DNA from: an uncultured Enterobacterales bacterium
GTDB lineage: Bacteria; Myxococcota_A; UBA796; CAJQPC01
Length of the DNA stretch: 64,000 bases
Assembly: GCA_964519895.1 (NCBI GenBank)
Contig: CAZFLE010000004.1
Span: 301 to 64,300, forward strand
Direction: 5' to 3'
Shown here piece by piece: positions 16,521 through 25,951 of the stretch. The position numbers were made by a program, and so were the translations under genes. The notes under the pieces are model-generated. The model was not told the DNA's origin. It saw nothing but the letters and a program-made list of their open reading frames with translations, and ran no database searches. Numbering within the stretch: position 1 is the stretch's first letter; each line of letters opens with the position of its first letter.

Positions 16521-19500
16521 AGGACCTCATCGCCCCAGGGCGCCCGCACGGTGAGCTCGGTGCCGGGCTGCCGAGCCCGGAGGTCCGGGTCGTACATGGC
16601 CTCGGCCTGGACCGGGGGCAAGGTGAAGGTGCCTGCGGACACGGCTCGGACCTGGAAGACGATCTGGCGCCGCTCGCTCGGCATCAGCGTGCCGAAGACC
16701 TCGACCCGGTCGTCCCGCAGGTTCATGTGGTCGGCGGACCACAGGAGATCCTCGTCGACCCACTCCGCCTCACCGCCGCGACCCAGCCGGGGGTTCTCCA
16801 GCTCCCAGCCCGCCGGCAGGCGATCGACCAGGGCCACGTTGGCGACCGTGTCGCCGGTCAGGTTCTGGATGGTGGTGCGGACGGTGACCAGCTCGCCCAG
16901 GGTGTGGTCCTCGAGCAACAGCGGGGTGCCGTCGGTGTTGAGCAGCTCCCGGCCGACCCGCAGCCCTTCGCTCACCACCTGGGTGCCGCCGCCAGCCCGC
17001 ATGCCCTCGGAGCGCACGACCAGGTACAGGTCGCTCTCGGGGTCCACGTCGACGTCGAGGGTCAGGCCGTCCCGCTCGCTGGCCCGGTTCACCGTCCAGC
17101 TCAGGGCCAGCTCATCGTCGACCTCTGGCGTGCGCTCCTGGCCGTCGACCCGCAGAGTGCCGTTGAGGGCCTCGGCCCGGCGACCGGCGACCCGCTTGCC
17201 CAGCCCCGTGATGCCCCACACCAGCTCCTGGGTGCTGTACCCGCGGGCGGTGCGGCTCTCCAGGCCCGTGCCCACCCGACGGGCAAGCTGGTCTGCGCCC
17301 TGTGCTCCGAACAGGTCCTGGTACACGCTCAGGGTGAAGCCCAGGTGGCGCAGCTCCGAGTAGAACGACGCGTCGTTCCGTCGGCCCAGGTCCAAGGACA
17401 GGGGCGCCGCGTCCGGATCCCGCAGGACCTGCTCATACCGGCGATCACCGGCCAGGTACAGCGCTGCCTGGAGGAGGTAGCGCCGCTCGGCCATCGGTCC
17501 GCGATGCTGCGCTGGCAGATCCTCCAGGGCGGTCAGGATTCGCGCCTTGTGCCCGCGGCCGGCCAGGGCCAGGGCGTAGTGCACGTAGGCCTCGCCGTGC
17601 TTGAAGGCGTGGCCGTGGGCGGCGTCGTTGCGGCCTTCGTTGGCGGCCAGCTCCCGCTCCATGTAGTCCAGGGCGCCGTCCAGGGCGGCGTCGCTGACCG
17701 GGTAGCCGGCGCCCTTGGCGTCGAGCAGCATGTGGGTGGCGTAGGCCGTGCCCCAGAAATTTGGCCGGTCCTCGCCGAGCCAGTAGGCGAAGCCGCCTCC
17801 GGCGGTCTGCATGGAGAGCACCCGCTCGATGCCGTGACGCACCATGGCGTCCACGTCCTTGTCCGCCATCAGCTCGGGCTCGGTGGCCTCGAGCAGGTTG
17901 GACACGAACAGGAGCGGCCGGGTGGTCGACGTGGTCTGCTCCAGGCAGCCGTAGGGGTAGCGGACCAGGTACTTCAGGTGGCTGAAGGCCCGCCCATAGG
18001 GGTGCGCGGTGACCCAGAAGGTGGTCTGCTCGGTGGCCGGCAGCCAGTCCCCGACCAGCCCGTCCAGGCCGTTGAGCCCGTCGTCGAGCCGGACCATCGA
18101 CAGCTCTGTCTCGCGCACCCCGGCCGTCGTCACCGGGACCTCGAGGGTCTCGACGCTGCGCAGCTCGCCGCTGGTCGCGGTCACCGTGAAGCGGGCCGCA
18201 CCCCAGGCGCCGTCGGCGCGGATGCGGAACACCGCGCTCTCCCCTGCGCCGTCGGCCAGGAAGAGCTCTGTCTCGTCGGCGCCCACCACGGCCACGGGGA
18301 GCCCGTCGCTGGGCCCCAATGGCTCGACCGCCAGGGCCAGGTCCACGGACCGGTCCTCGCCGCTCAGGTTGGTCAGGAACACCGGGATGTCCACCACGTC
18401 GCCCTGGTTCAGGAACCGGGGCAGGGTGGTCTGGACGACCAGCGGGTCCCGGACCAGCACGGTGGTGTCCGCGTGGGCCATGCGTTCGGCACTGGCAGCC
18501 ACGGCCATGACCCGCAGGGCTCCTTGGTACTGGGGCACGTCCAGGGTGACCGTCGTCCGGCCACTGTGCGGGATCTCGACGACCCCGGACCACAGCGCCA
18601 CGGGCTTGACCATCTGCACCCGCTCCATGGCGCCTTCGGCGTCACCACCGGTGCGGCGGGAGCCGTCGGCCGGTGGCACGGTCAGCGTCCACCCGACCGT
18701 CTCCCAGGTGTCGATGCCCAGGGCCCGGTCGGGGAAGATGGCGCCAAAGGGATCCGGCGACGCGAAGTCGGTCAGGGCCAGGATGCCCTCGTCCACGGCA
18801 GCGACGGTGGCAAAGGTGGGGCCGTCCTGGGGTCCCAGGTCCAGAGTGACCTCGAGGGGCGTGTGGGCGCGCACCTCGTCGGGGGCGTCGAGGGTGAGCG
18901 ACGCCGTCCAGCGCTCCGGCACGACCCGGCTGCGAGCCACCCCGAAGGCCCGGTCCGGCAGGAAGGCCTGGCGGGAGTCCAGGTGCGGGTCCTTGAGCAC
19001 CAGCACCGACACGTAGGCGGTCTCGTCGAATGACGGCAGGGTGAAGTCCCAGGTCTGGGGGCCCGCCTCGACGTCGCGCCACTCCGATCGCACGACCCGG
19101 TCCGTCTCCAGCGAGATCAGTGCGCGACCGCCATAGGGCACGGCGAACCGGGCGGTGGCCCGCTGGCCCACGTGGAGCTCGGGCGGCAGGGAGACCTGGA
19201 CCGCGGTGGGCTTGAGGGGCCGCGGGGTCTGGTCGACCTCGTCGCTCTCGTCGTCCCACCAGTAGCGCTGGCCGGTGCCCGACAGGCCCAGGAGCGTGCT
19301 CGCGCCGTCGCCGCGTACGACCAGCTGGAAGCCCTGGGCGTCGTCGTCCGGGGCCAGGTCCACGCCGAACAGCCCGTCGTGGACCGCCAGGGTCTCCCGC
19401 CGCTCGGGCAGAGGCCGCTGGAGTCGCGTGTAGCGCTCGCGACCGGTGCTGGGGTCGAGCTTGTAGCCGTACTCCGTCACCACCCGCGAGAGCGTCAGGT

Positions 19501-22078
19501 CCACGCTCTCCACCGTGTCGACCAGGGCCCCGCTCCAGTCCACGATCCGGCCATCGATCCGGGCGGAATGACCGGCCCGGAGGGTGTCCTCACTCGCCGC
19601 CACGCCCACGTAGAAGTCCCTGGGGTGGACCCAGGCCCGTGTGTCGCCACGGCTCGTGCGGCCGGAGCCGCCTTCGAACACCGCCACCTCGGCGACCAGC
19701 ACCGCCGTGCCGTCCGCCGTGGCGCGGGGCCGTGCGGTGGGGCAGCTCAGGACGGCCTGGCCCGCCTCGTCGAGCACGCCGTCGACCGTGCCCAGATCCA
19801 CCCGCCCGGCGATGGGACGCCCAAAGCGGTAGCCAGCTCCTCCGGGCGGGCTGAACACGCCAGGCTGCAGGTGACAGCTCACCTCGACCCGGCTGCCGCT
19901 GGCGCTTCCGCCGAACAGGTAGCGGGCGTCGACCTGGACGCGGACCGGCGAGCCCGCCAGCACGTGCTCGGCGGACGGCGTGGCCTCGACCGCCATGCGC
20001 TCGGGCACGAATTCCTCGACTGCAAAGGCCAGTGTCTGGACCACCGTTTCGCCCACGCTGAAGGCGGCGGACCAGGAACCGGTGGCTGCAAAGTCCGCCA
20101 GGGGCACGTCCAGGCTCACCAGGCCGACCGGGTTGGTCTGCACCGACGCTCTCCGCACCTCTTTGTCCCGCGGGTCCGTCAGCGTGATCACGATCGGCAT
20201 GCCGGTGTCCGGCGCGACCCGATCCTGGTCCCGGACCAGAGCCGCCAGGTGCACCACGTCGCCGGGACGGTAGACCCCGCGCTCACTCCAGGCCGAGATC
20301 CGGTAGGGCTTGTCCGCGCCGTAGGGCTCGCCGGACACGTCTTGCTCGGCCAGCGACAGCGCGACCGCGTCGAGCTCCACCACGGTCAGGTCACCGCGGG
20401 CCTGGACCATCAGCGCGACCGGTGCCGCGCGGTCCGGGCCGCTGTCGTCTGCGGACAGAGAGCAACCCCCGTCGCTCGTGGTCCGGCACGACCCCACGGT
20501 CCGGCCCGACGGCACCACCAGGTCCACCTGGGCCCCCACGACCGGCGCGTGGCTGTGGCTGTCCAGCACCCAGGCCGTGAAGCCCTTGTCGGCGTCCCGC
20601 TTGGCCACCACGGTCAGATCCGTGATCAGGATCCGGGCGTGGGTGCGCGTGCCCCCGCCGGACACGCCGAGCTCGTACAAGCCGTTGTCCACCTGGGGCA
20701 GGAGCCGTCCCACGTCGATCCAGGTCTGGGCCAAGGTGTCCGGGACGTGGGCCACGGGCACGGTGGTCTCCAGGATCACATCGCTCGTGCGGGCCGTGGC
20801 CGCGTCGCTGTCCGCTGACAGCCAGAACACGAGGTTCTCCGGCGGCACGTGGCGCACGGTCAGGGACACCTCGTCCAGGTTCATGTGGCGGATCGGCAGA
20901 CCCCGCCACGCCGACCGCGGCAGGTAGCGGCCCTGGGAGACGAACTGGACCTGGGGGCTCCGCGCGGGGACCTGGAGCTCCTGGGTGTAGCGCTTGCGCA
21001 GCAGGCCGCCGTCCACCGTGCGGGCACCGGCCGCGATCTCCAGGCTCAAGGGTCCGCGGGGCAGGTCACCCATCAGGCGGAAGCCGCCTCGAGTCGGCAC
21101 CACGGCCACGTCGACCGCCGGCTCCAGCCGCACGGCGGTGGCCAGGGCGTCGTCGGTCAGCAAGCAGCGGGGGCTCAGCCGTTCGGACATCCCGTGCTCG
21201 GGCAGCCACATCCAGCGTCGGTGCCAGCCCCGGGCCAAGGCGCCCTCGTCGTCACAGATCACCTCGATGGTGAAGCCGCTCGTGCCTTCGATCAGCGCGA
21301 CGCTGTGGACCTCGACCGCCGGGCCCGCGTCGTAGGTGACCTGACCGCTGCGCTTCCGGGTCCAGGCATAGGGGTCCACAGCGCTGGGCACCGGGCCGAG
21401 CTCGAAGCGCACGGTGCGGTCATCGTCCAGGGAGATCCCTTCGAGCAGGACCCGGATCCGGTGCGGCTCGTCGGGCCGGAAGACCCGGGTGGGCATGAGG
21501 GGGAAGCCGTCCACCGTGACCCTCAGGGCCCGGGCGATCTGCGAGGGCTCCACTGGACCGCTGAGCGCCAGGTCCAGCACCAGCCGCTGGTTGTCCGGGT
21601 CCCCGGAGACGATCTCCAGGTGGTGCACGGTCAGCTCGGGGGTGTCGAAGCGGGTGCCCCACTGGACCCCTGGGTCAGGGGTCCTCTGGCCCACCTTGCG
21701 CAGCGTGGCCTGGTAGGCGGTGCCTGGCATGAAGCCGTGCTCGGGCACGAAGTCCGCCACCGATCGGCTCCGCCACGTCAGCGTGCCCGCCACCGGCGGT
21801 TCCAGATCCAGCAGGAGCTCCTTGGCCTCCTGGCCAATGCGCCCGGACGCCACCGCCGGCTCCGGCAGGACCACCCGCAGTCGCTCGGGCGCGTTCTGTG
21901 TCGGGCCCACCACCAGCACGCCGGGCTGGCCGTCGACCACGAGGGTCGCCGGGAGCGTGGCGCCGGATGGGGCCGGCTGGCTGATGCTGTCCCGGGTCTC
22001 GACGACCTCGACGGGCATGGACTCGCCGCAGGCAGCGAGCAAGGGCAGGGCGAGCAAGGACAGGAGTCGACGGAGCAT
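16517..22078 (-). CDS. alpha-2-macroglobulin family lipoprotein (YfhM-like) with intact thioester
   Basis: Start set at ATG 22078 (MLRRLLSLLALPLLAACGE, with a lipobox) inside the 1915-aa track ORF. The thioester motif is YPYGCLEQTTST. The size (1853 aa) and the downstream pbpC are canonical for this pair. Confidence 0.92.
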   Translation of the reverse strand: MLRRLLSLLALPLLAACGESMPVEVVETRDSISQPAPSGATLPATLVVDGQPGVLVVGPTQNAPERLRVVLPEPAVASGRIGQEAKELLLDLEPPVAGTLTWRSRSVADFVPEHGFMPGTAYQATLRKVGQRTPDPGVQWGTRFDTPELTVHHLEIVSGDPDNQRLVLDLALSGPVEPSQIARALRVTVDGFPLMPTRVFRPDEPHRIRVLLEGISLDDDRTVRFELGPVPSAVDPYAWTRKRSGQVTYDAGPAVEVHSVALIEGTSGFTIEVICDDEGALARGWHRRWMWLPEHGMSERLSPRCLLTDDALATAVRLEPAVDVAVVPTRGGFRLMGDLPRGPLSLEIAAGARTVDGGLLRKRYTQELQVPARSPQVQFVSQGRYLPRSAWRGLPIRHMNLDEVSLTVRHVPPENLVFWLSADSDAATARTSDVILETTVPVAHVPDTLAQTWIDVGRLLPQVDNGLYELGVSGGGTRTHARILITDLTVVAKRDADKGFTAWVLDSHSHAPVVGAQVDLVVPSGRTVGSCRTTSDGGCSLSADDSGPDRAAPVALMVQARGDLTVVELDAVALSLAEQDVSGEPYGADKPYRISAWSERGVYRPGDVVHLAALVRDQDRVAPDTGMPIVITLTDPRDKEVRRASVQTNPVGLVSLDVPLADFAATGSWSAAFSVGETVVQTLAFAVEEFVPERMAVEATPSAEHVLAGSPVRVQVDARYLFGGSASGSRVEVSCHLQPGVFSPPGGAGYRFGRPIAGRVDLGTVDGVLDEAGQAVLSCPTARPRATADGTAVLVAEVAVFEGGSGRTSRGDTRAWVHPRDFYVGVAASEDTLRAGHSARIDGRIVDWSGALVDTVESVDLTLSRVVTEYGYKLDPSTGRERYTRLQRPLPERRETLAVHDGLFGVDLAPDDDAQGFQLVVRGDGASTLLGLSGTGQRYWWDDESDEVDQTPRPLKPTAVQVSLPPELHVGQRATARFAVPYGGRALISLETDRVVRSEWRDVEAGPQTWDFTLPSFDETAYVSVLVLKDPHLDSRQAFLPDRAFGVARSRVVPERWTASLTLDAPDEVRAHTPLEVTLDLGPQDGPTFATVAAVDEGILALTDFASPDPFGAIFPDRALGIDTWETVGWTLTVPPADGSRRTGGDAEGAMERVQMVKPVALWSGVVEIPHSGRTTVTLDVPQYQGALRVMAVAASAERMAHADTTVLVRDPLVVQTTLPRFLNQGDVVDIPVFLTNLSGEDRSVDLALAVEPLGPSDGLPVAVVGADETELFLADGAGESAVFRIRADGAWGAARFTVTATSGELRSVETLEVPVTTAGVRETELSMVRLDDGLNGLDGLVGDWLPATEQTTFWVTAHPYGRAFSHLKYLVRYPYGCLEQTTSTTRPLLFVSNLLEATEPELMADKDVDAMVRHGIERVLSMQTAGGGFAYWLGEDRPNFWGTAYATHMLLDAKGAGYPVSDAALDGALDYMERELAANEGRNDAAHGHAFKHGEAYVHYALALAGRGHKARILTALEDLPAQHRGPMAERRYLLQAALYLAGDRRYEQVLRDPDAAPLSLDLGRRNDASFYSELRHLGFTLSVYQDLFGAQGADQLARRVGTGLESRTARGYSTQELVWGITGLGKRVAGRRAEALNGTLRVDGQERTPEVDDELALSWTVNRASERDGLTLDVDVDPESDLYLVVRSEGMRAGGGTQVVSEGLRVGRELLNTDGTPLLLEDHTLGELVTVRTTIQNLTGDTVANVALVDRLPAGWELENPRLGRGGEAEWVDEDLLWSADHMNLRDDRVEVFGTLMPSERRQIVFQVRAVSAGTFTLPPVQAEAMYDPDLRARQPGTELTVRAPWGDEVL

Positions 22079-22290
22079 GAACACCTCGTGGCCGCCGGGC
22101 TGTGCCGAGCCTGGCCGCTCCCCTGTGAAGCAAGGCCCGTGCCTGGCCTGGAGGGGCTCCAGGACCCGCCTGTCGACGATCCGAAGCAGCGCATCCACCA
22201 TCCGGAGATCCCGGACATCTCGTGACAACGGGGCCTGAAGAGATGGTCCCGGTCCGCGTCCCACCGGAGACTCTCAACCGAGCCCACCCC

Positions 22291-22470
22291 ATGCGATTCA
22301 TGCTCTTCAACGCCTTGACCTTCGTGAGTGCCACGCTGGCCCTGGTCGTGCTCTACGAGCTGGCCATGCGGGTCACCCGGACCCGAGGCGAGGACAAGGC
22401 CCTCGCCCGAGGCGTCGACCCCCGCGTCGCCGCCCGCCGGGCCTACGAAGACGCGCCCACCCTCTTTTGA
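22291..22470 (+). CDS. small hypothetical membrane protein
   Basis: Internal ATG of the 82-aa track ORF. MRFMLFNALTFVSATLALVVLYELAM forms one TM helix, followed by a charged tail. No homology recognised, and the region is slightly less GC-rich. Confidence 0.3.
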   Translation: MRFMLFNALTFVSATLALVVLYELAMRVTRTRGEDKALARGVDPRVAARRAYEDAPTLF

Positions 22471-22646
22471 TCTCTCGCGCCGTCCCCGGGGGTCCCTGAT
22501 CTCCCGCCTGGTCCCTCGGGGACGGTGCACCTCGCTCTTGGCCAGCTCCCCGGGGGTCCAATTCTCCCGCACGGACCCTCGGGGGGTCGGCCACCCCACC
22601 CGCGGCTTTGTCGGGTAGGGTGGGCCGGGGTCGAGAGGAGACATCG

Positions 22647-23003
22647 ATGGCACTCGTGCCTTGCAGCGCCTGCGGGCGACACCACAAGCGCACCGTCCGA
22701 GCCTGCCCCCACTGCGGCACCGCGACGACCGCGACCCCGAGCCTGACCCCCGCTGCGGCCCTGCTGGGCCTGGCGCTGGTCGCCTGTGGCGGTGACGACA
22801 CGGACACCACGGACTCGGCGGTCCAAGCGCTCTACGGCGTGCCCGACTCCGGTCAGTGGGACGACAACGACGACGACGGCTACTCCCCGTCCGAAGGCGA
22901 CTGCGACGACGACGACCCGGACCGGCACCCCGAAGCGACGGAGATCGCCGGCGACGGCGTGGACAGCGACTGCGACGGCGAGGACGACCCGGCGACGTCG
23001 TGA
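22647..23003 (+). CDS. zinc-ribbon / TM / MopE-type Cys-Asp metal-binding-motif protein
   Basis: ATG 22647 is preceded by GAGGAG. The protein begins MALVPCSACGRHHKRTVRACPHCG (CxxC...CxxC ribbon), continues with a hydrophobic LLGLALVAC segment, and ends with GDCDDDDPDRHPEATEIAGDGVDSDCDGEDD (the DCDD..P...PGA.E.CDG.DNDCDG-type motif). Confidence 0.7.
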   Translation: MALVPCSACGRHHKRTVRACPHCGTATTATPSLTPAAALLGLALVACGGDDTDTTDSAVQALYGVPDSGQWDDNDDDGYSPSEGDCDDDDPDRHPEATEIAGDGVDSDCDGEDDPATS

Positions 23004-23013
23004 CCCCCAAGGC

Positions 23014-24231
23014 TCACCAGGGCTCCGTCACCAGCTCGAAGCGCCCGAAGTCATAGGCGTCGCCCCCGGCCGCGTCCCGATGCACCAGCCGCTCCCGCTG
23101 GCCGCGGCCCTTGAGCGTCTCGGCCCGGTGGTAGCAGAATGGCTGGTTCCCCCGCCGACCCAAGGTGCAGTGGGCCGTGAAGCTACAGCCCGCCAGGCAC
23201 GTCTCCGCGTAGTCACAGCCCGCGCAGAAGCCCCACAGCTCGTCGGTGGTGCGGTCCCGGGTGAAGCGCAGGGCATCGGCGTGCTCCCAGATCTCCGCCA
23301 GGGGGGCGTCGGTGACCTTGCCGCCGTCATACGGCGCGGTGGGCAGGGACGGGCAGGCCTTGATCGTGCCGTCGGCCTCGATGCCCATCGTGTAGCGGCC
23401 GGCCTGGCAACCGGTCCAGTGCACGGCCCGCTGGCCCGGGTGGCTCCGCAACAGCGTCTCGTGCGGGCCGAAGTAGCCGATGTTGTTGCCCGCCAGGATG
23501 TCCAGGAAGCGCTCGGGGGGCAGCCCCTGTTCGGCGCCCGTCCGAGCGGCGTCGAGCTGGAGCTCGGCCAGGGTGTCGATCACCGCGAGGATCTCCCAGG
23601 GCTGCAGGATCCACTCCGGCCGGTCCGCCGCACGGCCCATCGGCACCGTGAGCTGCGGGCGCCAGATCCGCACACCGGCGTCGACCAGCAGATCCCGTGT
23701 CTCCCGCAGCACCGGCAGGGTGAGCCGGTTGACCTGGGAGTTCGCGGTGGTCACGAGCCCAGCAGCCCGGGCCGCGGCCAGCGCCCGCATCCCCGCCAGG
23801 TGGCTGCCGGGGCTGGCTCGGAGCACGTCGTGGACCCGAGCGGGGCCGTCGATGCTGACCCCGACCGCCGACAGCCCCGCGGCCTTCAGCCGGTCGCACA
23901 GAGCCAGGGTGAGTCCTCGCCCGCCGGTCTGCATCGTGACCCGCGGCCCCTGGCTCGCCAGGCGCGCGATCACCGCTTCGAGATCGTCGCGCAGGTAGGC
24001 CTCACCACCGATCAGCGTCACCTCCCGAGCCTCCATCGCCACCAGCTGATCGGCGATGTCCAGCAGCTCGTCGGTCGTGAGCTCGGCCACCTCGGGGGTC
24101 GGCCCGGCCCGGGAGCCGCAGTGGGCACAGGCGTGGTTGCAACGCCGGGTGACCTCCCAGACCGCGTAGACCGGGCGGGGCCGATCCCGATCCGCAGGGG
24201 TCAACATTCGAGGGGTCCGGGCCACCAGCAC
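23014..24231 (-). CDS. radical SAM / SPASM-domain protein
   Basis: 405 aa. EVTRRCNHACAHCGS carries the CxxxCxxC cluster. EVTLIGGEAYL and VSIDG are typical core motifs. The Cys-rich C-terminal region GIEADGTIKACPS...WGFCAGCDYAETCLAGCSFTAHC...FCY is an SPASM-like auxiliary cluster domain. The start could instead be the ATG 24 nt downstream. Confidence 0.85.
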   Translation of the reverse strand: MLVARTPRMLTPADRDRPRPVYAVWEVTRRCNHACAHCGSRAGPTPEVAELTTDELLDIADQLVAMEAREVTLIGGEAYLRDDLEAVIARLASQGPRVTMQTGGRGLTLALCDRLKAAGLSAVGVSIDGPARVHDVLRASPGSHLAGMRALAAARAAGLVTTANSQVNRLTLPVLRETRDLLVDAGVRIWRPQLTVPMGRAADRPEWILQPWEILAVIDTLAELQLDAARTGAEQGLPPERFLDILAGNNIGYFGPHETLLRSHPGQRAVHWTGCQAGRYTMGIEADGTIKACPSLPTAPYDGGKVTDAPLAEIWEHADALRFTRDRTTDELWGFCAGCDYAETCLAGCSFTAHCTLGRRGNQPFCYHRAETLKGRGQRERLVHRDAAGGDAYDFGRFELVTEPW

Positions 24232-24338
24232 TCCAGGGTCCGCCGCAGCATAGACGGCCCACTCCCGGCCCCGGTACGGTGGCGCTTCCGAGCACCCGCG
24301 GTGTCCGTTAGGACACCTTCCTTCCGGGGTCTGTCGCC

Positions 24339-25127
24339 ATGCACCGTCTCGTGTTGTCCGCTCTCGCGCTCTGCGCCATGACCCTGTCGCCGCTCGCCCA
24401 CGCCCAGGACGGCGAAGAACCCGAGACCCCCGCAGCCGACCAAGAAGAGCAGGCCGAAAAGGAAGACTACGGCCTGATCTTCAACCGCAAGCCCAACGAG
24501 CTCAAGTGGTGCAAGCAGTCCTACGAGGGCGAGACCCCCTGGGGCTGCACCCGCTCGATCTCCCCGTCGGTCGGCATCAGCGCCATCGGCGAAGTCACCA
24601 ACGCCGCCAACGACAACCCCGTCGAGCTGCTCTTCACCATGGGCGGCAGCTTCAGCATCATGAACTGGCAGCGGGACGGCATCCTCAGCACCAAGCTCAT
24701 CGCCCACGGCACCTACATGACCCAGGGCGGCGGTCGCGCCTACGACATCGGCCTGGCCGGCTTTGTCGGGGCCCGCTGGAAGTGGGGTGGCGGCATCGCC
24801 ATCGGTGCCGAGCTGTGGCGCAACATGTACGACCTGAAGAACACCCAGCTCCAGGCCACCACGGGCATCGACATCCCGATCTTCTTGGAGCTGGGCCCCG
24901 AGTTCTTCCACCTGGTGGGCGGCCTGGCCCCGGCCATCGTCTTCAACCCGTACCGGCGGGTCGACTGGGAGGTGGATCACTGGGTCCGGGGCTTCGGCCA
25001 CGAGCTGAGCTGGTGGGCCGGTGTGGAGACCCAGATCCGCTTGTTCACCCTGGCCCTGGCCTACGAGCGCCACTGGATGGCCGACGGTGTTCGAAACCAC
25101 GGGGTCACGCTGGGCCTCGGGTTCTGA
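24339..25127 (+). CDS. outer-membrane beta-barrel protein (family unknown)
   Basis: 262 aa. The signal peptide is MHRLVLSALALCAMTLSPLAHAQ. The body has alternating amphipathic strands rich in Gly and aromatic residues. The C-terminus ...GVTLGLGF ends in Phe, as in typical OMP sorting signals. Confidence 0.65.
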   Translation: MHRLVLSALALCAMTLSPLAHAQDGEEPETPAADQEEQAEKEDYGLIFNRKPNELKWCKQSYEGETPWGCTRSISPSVGISAIGEVTNAANDNPVELLFTMGGSFSIMNWQRDGILSTKLIAHGTYMTQGGGRAYDIGLAGFVGARWKWGGGIAIGAELWRNMYDLKNTQLQATTGIDIPIFLELGPEFFHLVGGLAPAIVFNPYRRVDWEVDHWVRGFGHELSWWAGVETQIRLFTLALAYERHWMADGVRNHGVTLGLGF

Positions 25128-25152
25128 TAGTGGAGGGGCATGGAGGCCCGAC

Positions 25153-25932
25153 ATGATCGCCCTGCTCAGCCCCGCCAAGCGGCTCGACTTCGACACGCCC
25201 CACACCGTGTCCGACCCCACCCTGCCTGCACTCCTCGACGAGAGCAGCAAGCTCATGAAGACCACGCGGAACCTCTCCCAGAAGAAGATCCGGGAGCTCA
25301 TGGGCATCTCGCCCACCCTGGCCAAGCTCAACAGCGACCGCTTCCAGGAGCTGACCCCCGAGCTCACCCCTGACAACGGGCGCCCGGCGATCCTGTCCTT
25401 CAGCGGCGACGTCTACCTGGGTCTGTCGGCCAAGACCCTCGACGCCGACGGCCTGGCCTATGCCCAGGAACACGTCATGATCCTGAGCGGTCTGTACGGC
25501 CTGCTCCGGGCCAAGGACCTCATGCAGCCCTACCGGCTCGAGATGGGCTCCAAGCTCAAGACCCGCCGCGGCGCCAACCTGTACGCCTTCTGGGGCGACC
25601 GGATCCGCGCGACCCTCCAGGAGCGGCTGGGCGCCGACCCGGTGATTGTGAACCTGGCGAGCAACGAGTACTTCAAGTCGGTCCAGGTCAAGAAGCTCGA
25701 CGCCCGGATCATCACCCCGGTGTTCAAGGAGACCAAGGACGGCAAGACCCGCACCCTGTTCATGTTCGCCAAGAAGGCCCGCGGGCTGATGGCCCGGTAC
25801 ATGATCGACCAGCGCATCACCGACCCCGACACCCTCAAGGGCTTCGACTCCCAGGGCTACCGCTACCGCGAAGACCTGAGCGAAGGGGACACCTGGGTCT
25901 TCGAGCGCCCGCAGCCACCGCCGGCTCGCTGA
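25153..25932 (+). CDS. yaaA: peroxide stress protein YaaA (UPF0246/DUF328)
   Basis: Internal ATG 25153 of the track ORF. MIALLSPAKRLDFDTP...MGIS..LA.LN..RF...F.G.VY.GL......YAQ.H..ILSGLYGLLR..D.M.PYRLEM follows the characteristic YaaA pattern throughout. Confidence 0.9.
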   Translation: MIALLSPAKRLDFDTPHTVSDPTLPALLDESSKLMKTTRNLSQKKIRELMGISPTLAKLNSDRFQELTPELTPDNGRPAILSFSGDVYLGLSAKTLDADGLAYAQEHVMILSGLYGLLRAKDLMQPYRLEMGSKLKTRRGANLYAFWGDRIRATLQERLGADPVIVNLASNEYFKSVQVKKLDARIITPVFKETKDGKTRTLFMFAKKARGLMARYMIDQRITDPDTLKGFDSQGYRYREDLSEGDTWVFERPQPPPAR

Positions 25933-25951
25933 GGGCGGCGCCTGGAGACCT

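Noticed and set aside
14256-19033. 1035-aa (14256..17363) and 876-aa (16403..19033) plus-strand ORFs
   Set aside because: They are antisense to pbpC and the alpha-2-macroglobulin gene, both of which carry unmistakable catalytic/thioester motifs. The plus-frame translations are Arg/Gly/Pro-rich junk.
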